15,206 nucleotides of DNA. Source: a bacterium (GTDB taxonomy: Bacteria; Zhuqueibacterota; Zhuqueibacteria; Oceanimicrobiales; Oceanimicrobiaceae). Below are positions 1 through 8,344 of the stretch, piece after piece. The position numbers and the translations under genes are program-made. Numbering within the stretch: the first letter of the stretch is position 1; each line of letters starts with the position of its first letter. Under the pieces are notes generated by a model. It was given only the letters and a program-made list of their open reading frames with translations, was not told the DNA's origin and did not search any database. The stretch is from NCBI GenBank assembly GCA_046757025.1, contig JBHHXN010000126.1, positions 1 through 15,206 on the forward strand, in the 5' to 3' direction.

Positions 1-27
1 TTAAGAAAAATGCACTATAAAACAATT

Positions 28-215
28 GATTACACAACTGCGAAACTTGAATTATGTTACATTCCTACTGTGTGTAATCTTGCTGTTGCTGAGTCAGTTC
101 TGCAGATATTTGCAGCCCCCTTCATAGTTCGACTCCGCTCATTATGAAGTTTCGCTATCCTTTACTCTCACTTAATTTGCACCAAACTTCACCTCGAGCG
201 AAGTCGAAATGTGAA
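28..215. repeat. Cluster of short REP-like inverted repeats downstream of the amidohydrolase
   Basis: GATTACACA (28-36) pairs with TGTGTAATC (71-79). TTCGACTCCGCTC (128-140) pairs with GAGCGAAGTCGAA (196-208) with one mismatch. Each of the latter two cores is itself enclosed by a small stem (CTTCATA/TATGAAG; TTCAC/GTGAA). Confidence 0.55.
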
Positions 216-288
216 ACAATCGATAATAAAATAATCTACAGTCCGGCTGCATCATAGAGTGAGGACAAAGTCCGGTTAAAATCAAACA

Positions 289-1941
289 CTATTTTTTGCA
301 GGTCATCCCCGGCTGCACGATTTCTTTGCCTTCCTTTTCTTTGGCTTCTTTGACGATGCGGCGGACATCGGCTAGCAATTGTTTGGCATCGAAAACGATG
401 CCGTCTTTGATGGTGTATTTCACGCCGCCCACTCGCACCACCTTATTCTGCTCATTCACTTTGATGGCGCCGGTGCCGTAAAGCACTTTCAAATTTTGCA
501 AGGGATTTTCTTCCACCACAACCAAATCCGCAAACTTACCGATTTCAACGGTGCCAATTTCGCTTTCCAATCCTAGAGCCTCGGCGCCTTTGAGCGTGGC
601 CGCCCGGATGACTTCCAGCGGATGAAAACCCGCTTCCTGCAGCAGCTCCAATTCGCGAATGTATCCGAATCCGTACACTTTGTAAATGTAGCCCGCATCC
701 GAACCCACGGTCACCCGGCCGCCGCGGTTTTTGTATTCATTGATAAACGTCATCCACAATCGATAATTGTTTTTCCAGGCGATTTCATCCTCGGTGCTCC
801 AGTAAAACCAGAAGGAGCCGTGTGCCTGGCGATTGGGACGAAAGAACTCCCACAGGGAGGGCAGGGTGTATTCCTCGTGCCATTCTGCCCGCCGCGCCCT
901 CATGAAATCGCGGGTGGCATCATAAATGGTCATGGTGGGATCGATGGTAAAATCCAGCGCGATAAGCTCGTTCATCACGGCATTCCAGTGCTCGCTGAAT
1001 GGCGGCGCAACTTGCTGCCAGAGACGGCCGGCCTGGCCAAAACGGTGCTGTTCATCGTTGTAGTTGAAATCTAGTGGAAAGTCCTGCACCGTGCGCTCCG
1101 TAAACAACGCTTCAGGTAAACCGTACCAGTGTTCCATGGTGGTCAAACCCAGGCGGGCGGTTTGCAGCGCATTCAAGCGCGCCACGCTCAACTGCGGATG
1201 ATGAGAAGCGGTTCGAAGTCCCTGTTTTTTTGCTTCATCGAGTGTGGCCGCCATGATATCAGGACGAATGGAAAATATTTTCAAACCATCCGCTCCCTGT
1301 CTGGCCACCTTCTGCACCCACTTACGCGCTTGCTCCGGCGTGGAAATGGGTCCGTCATGACCTCGGCCAAACACCACATACGCCTGAATTCGAGGCGCAG
1401 TGATCTGGTTGCGGCGGCTTTTCGCTTTGTGCTCCAACACCCAATCCAGGCCGTTGCCGGAGCCGGGATCGCGAATGGTCGTGATGCCGTGTCCCATCCA
1501 GAGCTTGAACACATACTCTGCGGGCGTTCCCTGGGCCACGCCACCGATATGAGCGTGCATATCTACAAAGCCGGGCAAGATGTACATGCCTTCCACATCC
1601 AGCTCTTTGTCGCCAGGCTGAGCCTTTGGGCGTCGATTTTTATCGATGGGCACGCCGGGCGCGCCCACACTTCGAATTCGGACGATGCGGTTTTTTTCGA
1701 TGACGATGTCCACGGGACCAAATGCCGGCGCCCCGGTGCCATCGATGAGCGTGCCTCCTAGCAAAATCAGTCGTTCATACGGACCATCGCCTTCAGTGCG
1801 TAGCGGGGCCTTTGGAATGGAACGTGATCTCTGTTGTGCAATTATATCACCGTAATAAAAGAAAAACGTGATTCCAATCAACAGCATACAAAATAGCACG
1901 ACACGCTTTTGTTTCAACGACTGCTCATGTACGATTACCAT
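289..1941 (-). CDS. Amidohydrolase superfamily protein (metal-dependent TIM-barrel hydrolase), probably exported or membrane-anchored; substrate unknown
   Basis: 550-aa ORF. It has the N-terminal beta-sandwich segment (GGTLIDGTG...DIVIEKNRI), the PGFVDMHAH HxH metal motif, GITTIRDPG, candidate Lys (DGLKIF), His (SHH, MEHWYG) and Asp (VGSDAG) ligands, and the C-terminal IGTVEIGKFADLVVV motif. The N-terminus is hydrophobic (VVLFCMLLIGITFFFYY) and GAAAGGT lies upstream of the ATG. Confidence 0.88.
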   Translation of the reverse strand: MVIVHEQSLKQKRVVLFCMLLIGITFFFYYGDIIAQQRSRSIPKAPLRTEGDGPYERLILLGGTLIDGTGAPAFGPVDIVIEKNRIVRIRSVGAPGVPIDKNRRPKAQPGDKELDVEGMYILPGFVDMHAHIGGVAQGTPAEYVFKLWMGHGITTIRDPGSGNGLDWVLEHKAKSRRNQITAPRIQAYVVFGRGHDGPISTPEQARKWVQKVARQGADGLKIFSIRPDIMAATLDEAKKQGLRTASHHPQLSVARLNALQTARLGLTTMEHWYGLPEALFTERTVQDFPLDFNYNDEQHRFGQAGRLWQQVAPPFSEHWNAVMNELIALDFTIDPTMTIYDATRDFMRARRAEWHEEYTLPSLWEFFRPNRQAHGSFWFYWSTEDEIAWKNNYRLWMTFINEYKNRGGRVTVGSDAGYIYKVYGFGYIRELELLQEAGFHPLEVIRAATLKGAEALGLESEIGTVEIGKFADLVVVEENPLQNLKVLYGTGAIKVNEQNKVVRVGGVKYTIKDGIVFDAKQLLADVRRIVKEAKEKEGKEIVQPGMTCKK

Positions 1942-1999
1942 GATCTTACCTTTCAGAATGATTTTGAGATTTTAGTTGTTAACTGGTGAGAATGCTTAA

Positions 2000-2028
2000 A
2001 ATATAGAGGTCATAAAATCTAATTGCAA
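2000..2028 (-). promoter_or_regulatory. Putative sigma70 promoter for the amidohydrolase gene
   Basis: The minus strand reads TTGCAA (2028-2023), a 17-nt spacer, then TATATT (2005-2000), about 60 nt upstream of the ATG at 1941. Confidence 0.6.
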
Positions 2029-2139
2029 GTTATTTTAGTAATGATTTTTTGAGTACAGAGAGGCGCTGCCGGAGAAAATAAGTTTGGCTGATTATAAATT
2101 ACACGACTACGTATTCGTTTAGTCCCATTCATTCCTAAT

Positions 2140-2425
2140 GTGGCGAAGCCGCAACCAAAAAAGGCAAAATAATTTTAACTTAAATTAAGCGATTTGCTAT
2201 TAGCCGTTGGCGGTTAGCAAATAAAACGCAATTAGCTAAAAATGTTATTGTAACACACCTACCGGGTAAAATGAGAGTCTCAACGTAAGTACCAAAAATT
2301 AAATACCCATGGCCAAAAGCGAAAAGCCAATCGCTGGTTTTGGGAGTAAATAAAAGCTCACGCAAGGAGGCAATGGTTGTAAATATATTTGTTCTTTTCG
2401 GTGCGAGCTTGGCGACTTTGCGTGA
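2140..2425. repeat. Intergenic patch of degenerate repeats (heptamer-periodic tracts plus a TCACGCAA/TTGCGTGA inverted repeat)
   Basis: TAGCCGT-TGGCGGT-TAGCAAA (about 2201-2221) and, in the opposite orientation, GCCAAAA-GCGAAAA-GCCAATC (about 2312-2332). TCACGCAA (2358-2365) pairs with TTGCGTGA (2418-2425), with a degenerate extension. Confidence 0.45.
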
Positions 2426-2629
2426 TATTTTTACAAACTTTGCTAAAAAAACAAAGTTTTTCGGGATAATAGAATATTTATGTTAATATAGTAGAGTAAG
2501 AATCTGCCGCGGAAAAATGCCAGACATGAATATTTCTGTTAATGAAATCGAAGGAACGTTCAGCATGAAGACCGATGGAAAAATGGACTTAATCAACAGA
2601 GTCATGCAGGTATGGCCGAACCTTGTGCG

Positions 2630-4762
2630 CTACTTGACGAAGATCATTTTTCGGGTGTCCACAAAATCATCGGTTTGCAATCGGTAAAAGTAAACACCTG
2701 CTGCTACTTCAACGTTGGAGTCATTGCGGCCAAGCCAATCATAGGAATAAAATCCCGAAGGCTGAACCTGGTCAACCAGGGTACGAATACGCTGCCCCAA
2801 AAGATTGTATATCTCTAATTTCACGAAAGTCTGTTTGGGCAGCTCATAGCTCAAAACGGTGGAATTGTTGAATGGATTTGGATAATTGGGGAACAGAGAA
2901 TTGATTTCGATTTGCGTGGTATCGAGTACAATTTCATCGTGTTTGGGATTGAATAAAATTGCGCCGGTTTCGCCGACGATAGTACAAGTGTTGGCGCTGG
3001 TTACGTGAACGCCGTATAAGTTCTTAAAGGTGCCGCTTTGTTCTTTCAACCATCTCAGGCCGCTGCTTTTGGTGCGAAAAATCACGCCGCCGGTTAATTC
3101 ATCGTCGAGAAAACCGCCCACTATGATTCCGTTGTTAAGATCGGTAAAATAAACATCGAAAAAATCCCAGCTCGAGCTGCTATCCTGAACGGACCAGGTG
3201 GTCCCACCACTAGTGGTATGCAGAATAATGCCGCCGTTGCCAACCACGGTGCCTTTCTTGTCGTTGATAAAAAACACGCCGTTCAAATGATTGCTCACTC
3301 CGCTCATTTGCACTACCCAGGACGTCCCACCGGTGTGGGTCTGCAGTATGGCGCCGTCATCGCCGACGATGGTGGCAGTATATCTGGTGGCAAAGAAAAT
3401 GTCATTTAAATTTTCGTTGGATGGACTGGCAATTTTTGCCCAGGTAAGGCCGCCGTCGGAGGTCAAAAGGATGGTACCGCTATCCCCGACTGCGACGCCG
3501 GAGAGCTCATTCACCAGGAACACGTCGTTCAAACTCTGATTGGTTCCGCTCAACTGCGGAACCCAATCCACGCCGCCGTTGACTGTGTTCAAAATGATTC
3601 CCTCATCTCCCACAATGATACCGTGTTGCAAATCAGCAAAAGACACCCCCTTTAAATCTTCTTCTGTCCCACTAAATTGCATCGTCCATTCAACGCCGTT
3701 ATCTTGCGTATGCAGAATGGCACCGTCTGTACCGACTACGAAGCCTGTCAGAGAATCCGGAAACGCCAGGTTCAATAGATCTTCAGTGGTGCCTTTGGTC
3801 AAATTTACCCAGGTTGTCCCCCCGTCAATTGTGCGCAGTACCGCGCCGTTAAATCCCACCGCCGTCCCAACATTTGTATCCAGGAATTGAACAGCGCGCA
3901 GATCATCGTCAAAATCACTTTCCTGACGAAGCCAGTTTTCACCGCCGTTCGTAGTGCGCACGATGAACCCCCGGCTGCCGACTGCGGTGCCAGTCAGAGC
4001 ATCGGTAAAGTGCACGGCCCGAAACGCCCTTCTGGTACCGGTTTCCTGAGAAACCCAGCTTTTGCCGGCATCGGTAGATTTTAATATGGTGCCGCTTCTG
4101 CCAACGGCATAAACCGTGAGGCTATCCCCAAAAGAAACGCCCAACAATTCAACGGTGGTACCGCTCTGTTGCGGCGTCCAGGTCACTCCGCCATCCGTGG
4201 TACGAATGATGGTTGCCCGGCTGCCGACCGCCACACCCAGCTTTCGATCGTAGAACGAAACCGAACGCAGCCAGCGGTCGGTGCCACTGGTTTGCACTTC
4301 CCAGCTCAATCCACCATCCTCGGTGTGAAAAATCAAGCCATCCTGCCCGACCACCGTACCAAAATTTCTGTCCACAAAAGAGATTCCGCGAATGGATTTA
4401 TTCACACCGATATTTAATTGGTTCCAGTTTTTTCCGCCATCTGTAGTCCTGAGGATGGTTCCCTGAATTCCAATAGCTATCCCCAAATTGGTATCCGTAA
4501 AATAAACCCCCCGCAAGAAATGCAAGACTCCGCTATCCTGAACTTCCCAGGTTTTACCGCCATCGCGGGTGTGCAAAATCACGCCATCGCCGCCAACCAC
4601 CGTTCCGGTGTCGGGATGTACAAAAAACACTCCGTACAAATTGTTGCCCTGAGGAAGGGGATTTTGCCAGGAATATTTTTGAAAGGCAGGACTGCTACAA
4701 ATATCAAAAATGAATAGAAAAATCAGAATGACTGAAAGATAAATCGTTTTTCGAAAAATCAT
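2630..4762 (-). CDS. Secreted YCF48/BNR-repeat double beta-propeller protein with C-terminal FlgD-Ig / T9SS type A-like sorting domain
   Basis: 710 aa with a signal peptide. About 14 repeats of about 41 aa follow the pattern [AV]VGxxGxI[LF]xTxDGGx[TS]W. The C-terminal LFPNYPNPFN...IYNLLGQRIRTLV...GVYFYRL...TRKMIFVK is typical of Por-secretion-tail/FlgD domains in FCB-group bacteria. Confidence 0.88.
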   Translation of the reverse strand: MIFRKTIYLSVILIFLFIFDICSSPAFQKYSWQNPLPQGNNLYGVFFVHPDTGTVVGGDGVILHTRDGGKTWEVQDSGVLHFLRGVYFTDTNLGIAIGIQGTILRTTDGGKNWNQLNIGVNKSIRGISFVDRNFGTVVGQDGLIFHTEDGGLSWEVQTSGTDRWLRSVSFYDRKLGVAVGSRATIIRTTDGGVTWTPQQSGTTVELLGVSFGDSLTVYAVGRSGTILKSTDAGKSWVSQETGTRRAFRAVHFTDALTGTAVGSRGFIVRTTNGGENWLRQESDFDDDLRAVQFLDTNVGTAVGFNGAVLRTIDGGTTWVNLTKGTTEDLLNLAFPDSLTGFVVGTDGAILHTQDNGVEWTMQFSGTEEDLKGVSFADLQHGIIVGDEGIILNTVNGGVDWVPQLSGTNQSLNDVFLVNELSGVAVGDSGTILLTSDGGLTWAKIASPSNENLNDIFFATRYTATIVGDDGAILQTHTGGTSWVVQMSGVSNHLNGVFFINDKKGTVVGNGGIILHTTSGGTTWSVQDSSSSWDFFDVYFTDLNNGIIVGGFLDDELTGGVIFRTKSSGLRWLKEQSGTFKNLYGVHVTSANTCTIVGETGAILFNPKHDEIVLDTTQIEINSLFPNYPNPFNNSTVLSYELPKQTFVKLEIYNLLGQRIRTLVDQVQPSGFYSYDWLGRNDSNVEVAAGVYFYRLQTDDFVDTRKMIFVK

Positions 4763-4957
4763 ACCTTAATAAAAAGTATTGCCACTTTACCACTAGGTGA
4801 ACAATTCGATACTGTTCTTGAATTGTTACACACTTAATAATTTACCTGCAAAAGCGTTTAAATGACTATTTTTAAAAACAGATAAAACCAATGGAGCTAA
4901 CTTCAATATAAATATTCTATCGCCAAGTAACTGGAATTACTGAAGCATTCTCAACCC

Positions 4958-5001
4958 AAAAACACAAGCCCCGATTTCCTTTCCGTAGAATCCGCGGCTT
5001 G
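4958..5001 (-). terminator. Putative rho-independent terminator ending the phosphatase operon
   Basis: Minus-strand RNA CAAGCCGCGGAUUC-loop-GAAAUCGGGGCUUG forms a 14-position stem with 2 mismatches and one G-U pair. It is followed by UGUUUUU and lies about 90 nt past the stop at 5090. Confidence 0.65.
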
Positions 5002-5025
5002 CATGGTAAATACAACCACTGGTGT

Positions 5026-5051
5026 GTTAAAACAATTCTCCTTGTTTTAAC
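5026..5051. repeat. Perfect 10-bp inverted repeat (hairpin or operator)
   Basis: GTTAAAACAA-ttctcc-TTGTTTTAAC. Confidence 0.5.
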
Positions 5052-5089
5052 GACTGGGTACCTGTTACAAAAAACGTAGTATGTTTAAA

Positions 5090-6433
5090 TTATTCTTCCT
5101 CTACCAGTACACGCACATTCCTGGGTGCTTTTGGCAGTTCATTGTCCTGTTTGTCTGTCACGGAGGTTGCCATGAAAATCACCGGTGAGCCATCCAAACC
5201 TGGTGAAGCGGCGGTCACCGTAACCGTTTCGGCGGTGTTTCCGAAAGTCAGAGTGGTAGTGGCGCGGCCATTGAATCCGGTCACCAACGGTTGACTGTTG
5301 GACAGCGAACCTGAACCGAACACGATTTCGAATTGCACCTCAACCCCGCTAACAGGCTGGTCGTTGCTATCACGAACCTCGACCACGAATGGTTCCGGCA
5401 AAGCCGTGCCCACGAGTCCGGTTTGATCGTTACCCGATACCATGACGATTTGTGTGGCCCTAGACGGCTCCGGAATCAATCCCGGCTTTGGGTTTGGGGA
5501 ATAATATTGCTCATCGAATACGGTGCCATCCGCCAGAATATGCCGCAAACGCAGGGATTCGCCGTCCACGGTTAGCTCGGTGTAGCCGTACTCTTCGGTC
5601 TTGGCTTCCAGCATGTAACCGTTTCCGCCGTAATTAGAAGAAAAGGAATAAGAGGAAGCGCCGCCATTTCCGGTGACCACCTGTACGGTGCCTTTGACGG
5701 GATCCAGCGGCGGTTTTGGATCGCCATTCAGCTCCAGCTTTTTACTGCGGGCATAATAGTGGGCGTGACCGTTAAAAATCATGTCGCAGCCGTGCTGATA
5801 AAGGGGGATCCCCCAGGTATCGTGAATTTCGCCTTCGTAGCTTTTGGGTCCGAAATCAAAAATCGGGTAATGCCAGAAAACGAACAGCCAGGTTTTGGGG
5901 TTGTTTTGAATGGCCTCCATCATCATGGTGTATTGCTCGCCGGTCATGGAAGAAGGCCCCGAATCTAAAATAATAAAACGGGCGTTTTCATAATCAAACA
6001 CAAAATATTTACCTTCGTGCCCGAATTGTTGCGCCTGTCCCGACAGGAATTCATTCCAATTTTGCAAGCCGGTGGGATCTTTAATTTTGTCATGGTTGCC
6101 TGGTGTGGACATGTACCTGGGCGGGGATTGATTCTGACCGGTCCCGCCGAGCACGTCATCACATGCCTTTTGCCAGATTTCCCAGTCGCTTTTGTTCATA
6201 CCTTTGGCAACGACATCCCCGACGTTGATCATGAATTTATAATCGGGTGTGTTTTTCACGATCGCTTGCAACACTTCGCGATGTCGAGAATCACTGCTGC
6301 GGGTATCGCCGTAGGCGATCCATTTCCAGGATTGACTGAAACCCGAAGCGGGTAGTAAAACTGAAAAAATGAGTAAAATCCACAGACCCCCTTTCAAAAA
6401 GCAACTTTTGTTTCGTGCATTTCTTGTTTTCAT
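5090..6433 (-). CDS. Secreted calcineurin-like metallophosphoesterase (PAP-like, lacking the Tyr ligand) + Big_1-type Ig domain + conserved C-terminal tail
   Basis: Motifs YGDTR, VGDVVA, PGNHD, FWHY, GHAH. The start is moved from 6460 to ATG 6433 (GGAG upstream), giving a signal peptide ending GFS|Q. An Ig-like domain (SGNDQTG..G..L..PFVVEVRD...PVSGV.V.F) precedes the tail DNELPKAPRNVRVLVEEE. Confidence 0.85.
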   Translation of the reverse strand: MKTRNARNKSCFLKGGLWILLIFSVLLPASGFSQSWKWIAYGDTRSSDSRHREVLQAIVKNTPDYKFMINVGDVVAKGMNKSDWEIWQKACDDVLGGTGQNQSPPRYMSTPGNHDKIKDPTGLQNWNEFLSGQAQQFGHEGKYFVFDYENARFIILDSGPSSMTGEQYTMMMEAIQNNPKTWLFVFWHYPIFDFGPKSYEGEIHDTWGIPLYQHGCDMIFNGHAHYYARSKKLELNGDPKPPLDPVKGTVQVVTGNGGASSYSFSSNYGGNGYMLEAKTEEYGYTELTVDGESLRLRHILADGTVFDEQYYSPNPKPGLIPEPSRATQIVMVSGNDQTGLVGTALPEPFVVEVRDSNDQPVSGVEVQFEIVFGSGSLSNSQPLVTGFNGRATTTLTFGNTAETVTVTAASPGLDGSPVIFMATSVTDKQDNELPKAPRNVRVLVEEE

Positions 6434-6496
6434 CACCATCTCCATAAAATCAATTTGCATAAACTTTTATTCAAAATAGATCGACAGATTTCGCAT

Positions 6497-8191
6497 TTAA
6501 TCGCCACCGACGACGATTCGCACATTGGTGGGCGCGGCAGGCGGGTCCGTATCCTGAGGACCTGCATTGGCGTGTGCCGTAAATATTTGTGGCGAGCCCG
6601 TCAAACCGTTTGCGCTGGCTGCAACCGTCACAGTCCCGGCTTCGCTTCCCAAAGTCAGCACTGTCGAAGCTCGACCGTGAGCGCTGGTAATTTGCGGTTG
6701 ACTGTTAGAAAGGGCTCCAGAGCCCGAGGTTATCTCAAACGTCACGGCTACGCCGCTCACAGGATTGTTTTGGTCATCTCTCACCTGCACTTCAAACGGC
6801 AAAGGAAGGGTGGCGTTGACAAGCGCGGTTTGGTTGTTGCCTGAAATCATCACCAGTTGCGTGGCTGGACCGGTTTGATTATTGCCTTTTTTAATGGTAA
6901 AATAGTCGCGTATCTCTCCTTTATCGTCAATAAATTTAGCATCTAAAACGTTGCCAGCGATGTCCAAAATGACCGATCCCAATTCATCCAGCGAGTAAAA
7001 CATGGCCGGATGATTCAAGGAACCGCCGCTGGTTTTGCCGGAGCTGCCTGCCACAATATAGACCGCCCCTTCGTGGCCAGCCGGTCCCAAAGTCGCTTTC
7101 ACATACGCCCCATCGACGTCTTCGCGACCGCTGCCCGAGTCTAATTTCATCTCATCGGTAAGCATGCTCGATTTACCGTAATGCCCATCGATCAAATAGG
7201 AACGTTCATAAGAATGGCTGTGTCCGCTCATAACCAGATCGACCCCGGCCTCTTCCAGGCGGGTCACAGCTCGTTCGCGCATATCCACCAGCTCGCTTTC
7301 GCTGTCGGAATTGTGGGAGCCTTTGCTGTATGGCGGGTGGTGCCAGAAAGCGATGTTCCAATCTTTATCATTGGCAGCCAGGTCTTCTTCCAGCCAGGTC
7401 CACATGGGGCTGCTGGACTGCCGCATTTTGCCAGAAGTCGATTCCAGACAAATAAAATGAATGTTGCCGTAATCGAATGAATAATAGGCTTCGGTGCCGG
7501 AGGCAATTCCCCCGGCTTCGCCATTGGTGGGGAAAGTAAAAATACGATAGTAATCATCGCCGTTGGTCCAACTGCCATGGACCTTCGGCCCTCGGTCGTG
7601 ATTGCCGCGGGTTGCCCATAAAACCGATTTTCGCAGCATCGCCTCATACATATTCTCAAAAACCGCTAACTGGTATTCTTCATCCGTACCGTTGTTGTAA
7701 GCGTTATCTCCCAACATAATCCAGAGATCGGTGTGGCGATTGCCCGTGTAATTATAGTAAGCATCTCGCACCGCACGTGCATTGTCGTTTTTAGTGCCGG
7801 AATCACCCAGAATCCAAATCCGCGTAGGCTTGGGGGTGTTAGGCGGCGGCGAAGTTACAAAAAAATAACTGGCGTCATCCCCGGCTAATATTTGACTTGT
7901 GCTGCCAACTGCATAATAATATTTTGTATCCGGGGAAAGGCCGGTCAACTCCACTTCATGCTCAGTGGAGGTCTGATTTATTTCTGCACTCAGGTTTAAC
8001 TTACCGGGAGCGCTGCCGTAGCGTACCTGACTGTCTGTGGCCTGATCCGTTCGCCATTTCACCACCACGCTGGTAGATGTGCCAATTTGCAGATACGGCC
8101 CGCGTATTACATTTTGAGTAAGCGCTTCGCCACTTAGCGCCGTGAAAAAGATGAGTAATGAAATCGTCCTGATGTTTAAAACATGCTTCAT
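6497..8191 (-). CDS. Secreted purple acid phosphatase family protein (N-terminal FN3-like PAP domain, metallophosphoesterase, Big_1-type Ig, conserved tail)
   Basis: All five PAP motifs are present: GDSG, GDNAY, GNHD, FWHH, GHSH. The N-terminal domain reads RGPYLQ...VVKWRT...HEVELTGLSPDTKYYY. Signal peptide ALT|Q; GGAG RBS; tail DTDPPAAPTNVRIVVGGD. Confidence 0.9.
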   Translation of the reverse strand: MKHVLNIRTISLLIFFTALSGEALTQNVIRGPYLQIGTSTSVVVKWRTDQATDSQVRYGSAPGKLNLSAEINQTSTEHEVELTGLSPDTKYYYAVGSTSQILAGDDASYFFVTSPPPNTPKPTRIWILGDSGTKNDNARAVRDAYYNYTGNRHTDLWIMLGDNAYNNGTDEEYQLAVFENMYEAMLRKSVLWATRGNHDRGPKVHGSWTNGDDYYRIFTFPTNGEAGGIASGTEAYYSFDYGNIHFICLESTSGKMRQSSSPMWTWLEEDLAANDKDWNIAFWHHPPYSKGSHNSDSESELVDMRERAVTRLEEAGVDLVMSGHSHSYERSYLIDGHYGKSSMLTDEMKLDSGSGREDVDGAYVKATLGPAGHEGAVYIVAGSSGKTSGGSLNHPAMFYSLDELGSVILDIAGNVLDAKFIDDKGEIRDYFTIKKGNNQTGPATQLVMISGNNQTALVNATLPLPFEVQVRDDQNNPVSGVAVTFEITSGSGALSNSQPQITSAHGRASTVLTLGSEAGTVTVAASANGLTGSPQIFTAHANAGPQDTDPPAAPTNVRIVVGGD

Positions 8192-8344
8192 AATACGGCT
8201 CCGTCGGGTTTGGTGCGCTTATTTTTCCTTTTTAATCGTTTGATGGTTTAGAACATGATTTCTTCCCTCATAAAAAATATGAATCTGTAAATCCTTTCCC
8301 ATCTTCGCAAGCTCCTGTTTAACTGCAGTGGAAATTTCTCTTGT

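Noticed and set aside
2180..2365. 61-aa minus-strand ORF
   Set aside because: It starts at a non-ATG codon and its sequence (ANRQRLIANRLI) is the translation of heptamer repeats.
2950..4680. CRISPR array or DNA tandem repeat suggested by the roughly 123-nt periodicity
   Set aside because: The periodicity reflects protein-level beta-propeller repeats with degenerate codons, and there is no identical repeat-spacer structure.
2630..4762. Photosystem II assembly factor Ycf48 function
   Set aside because: Only the repeat fold is shared. The doubled propeller, T9SS-type tail and absence of photosynthesis genes argue against it.
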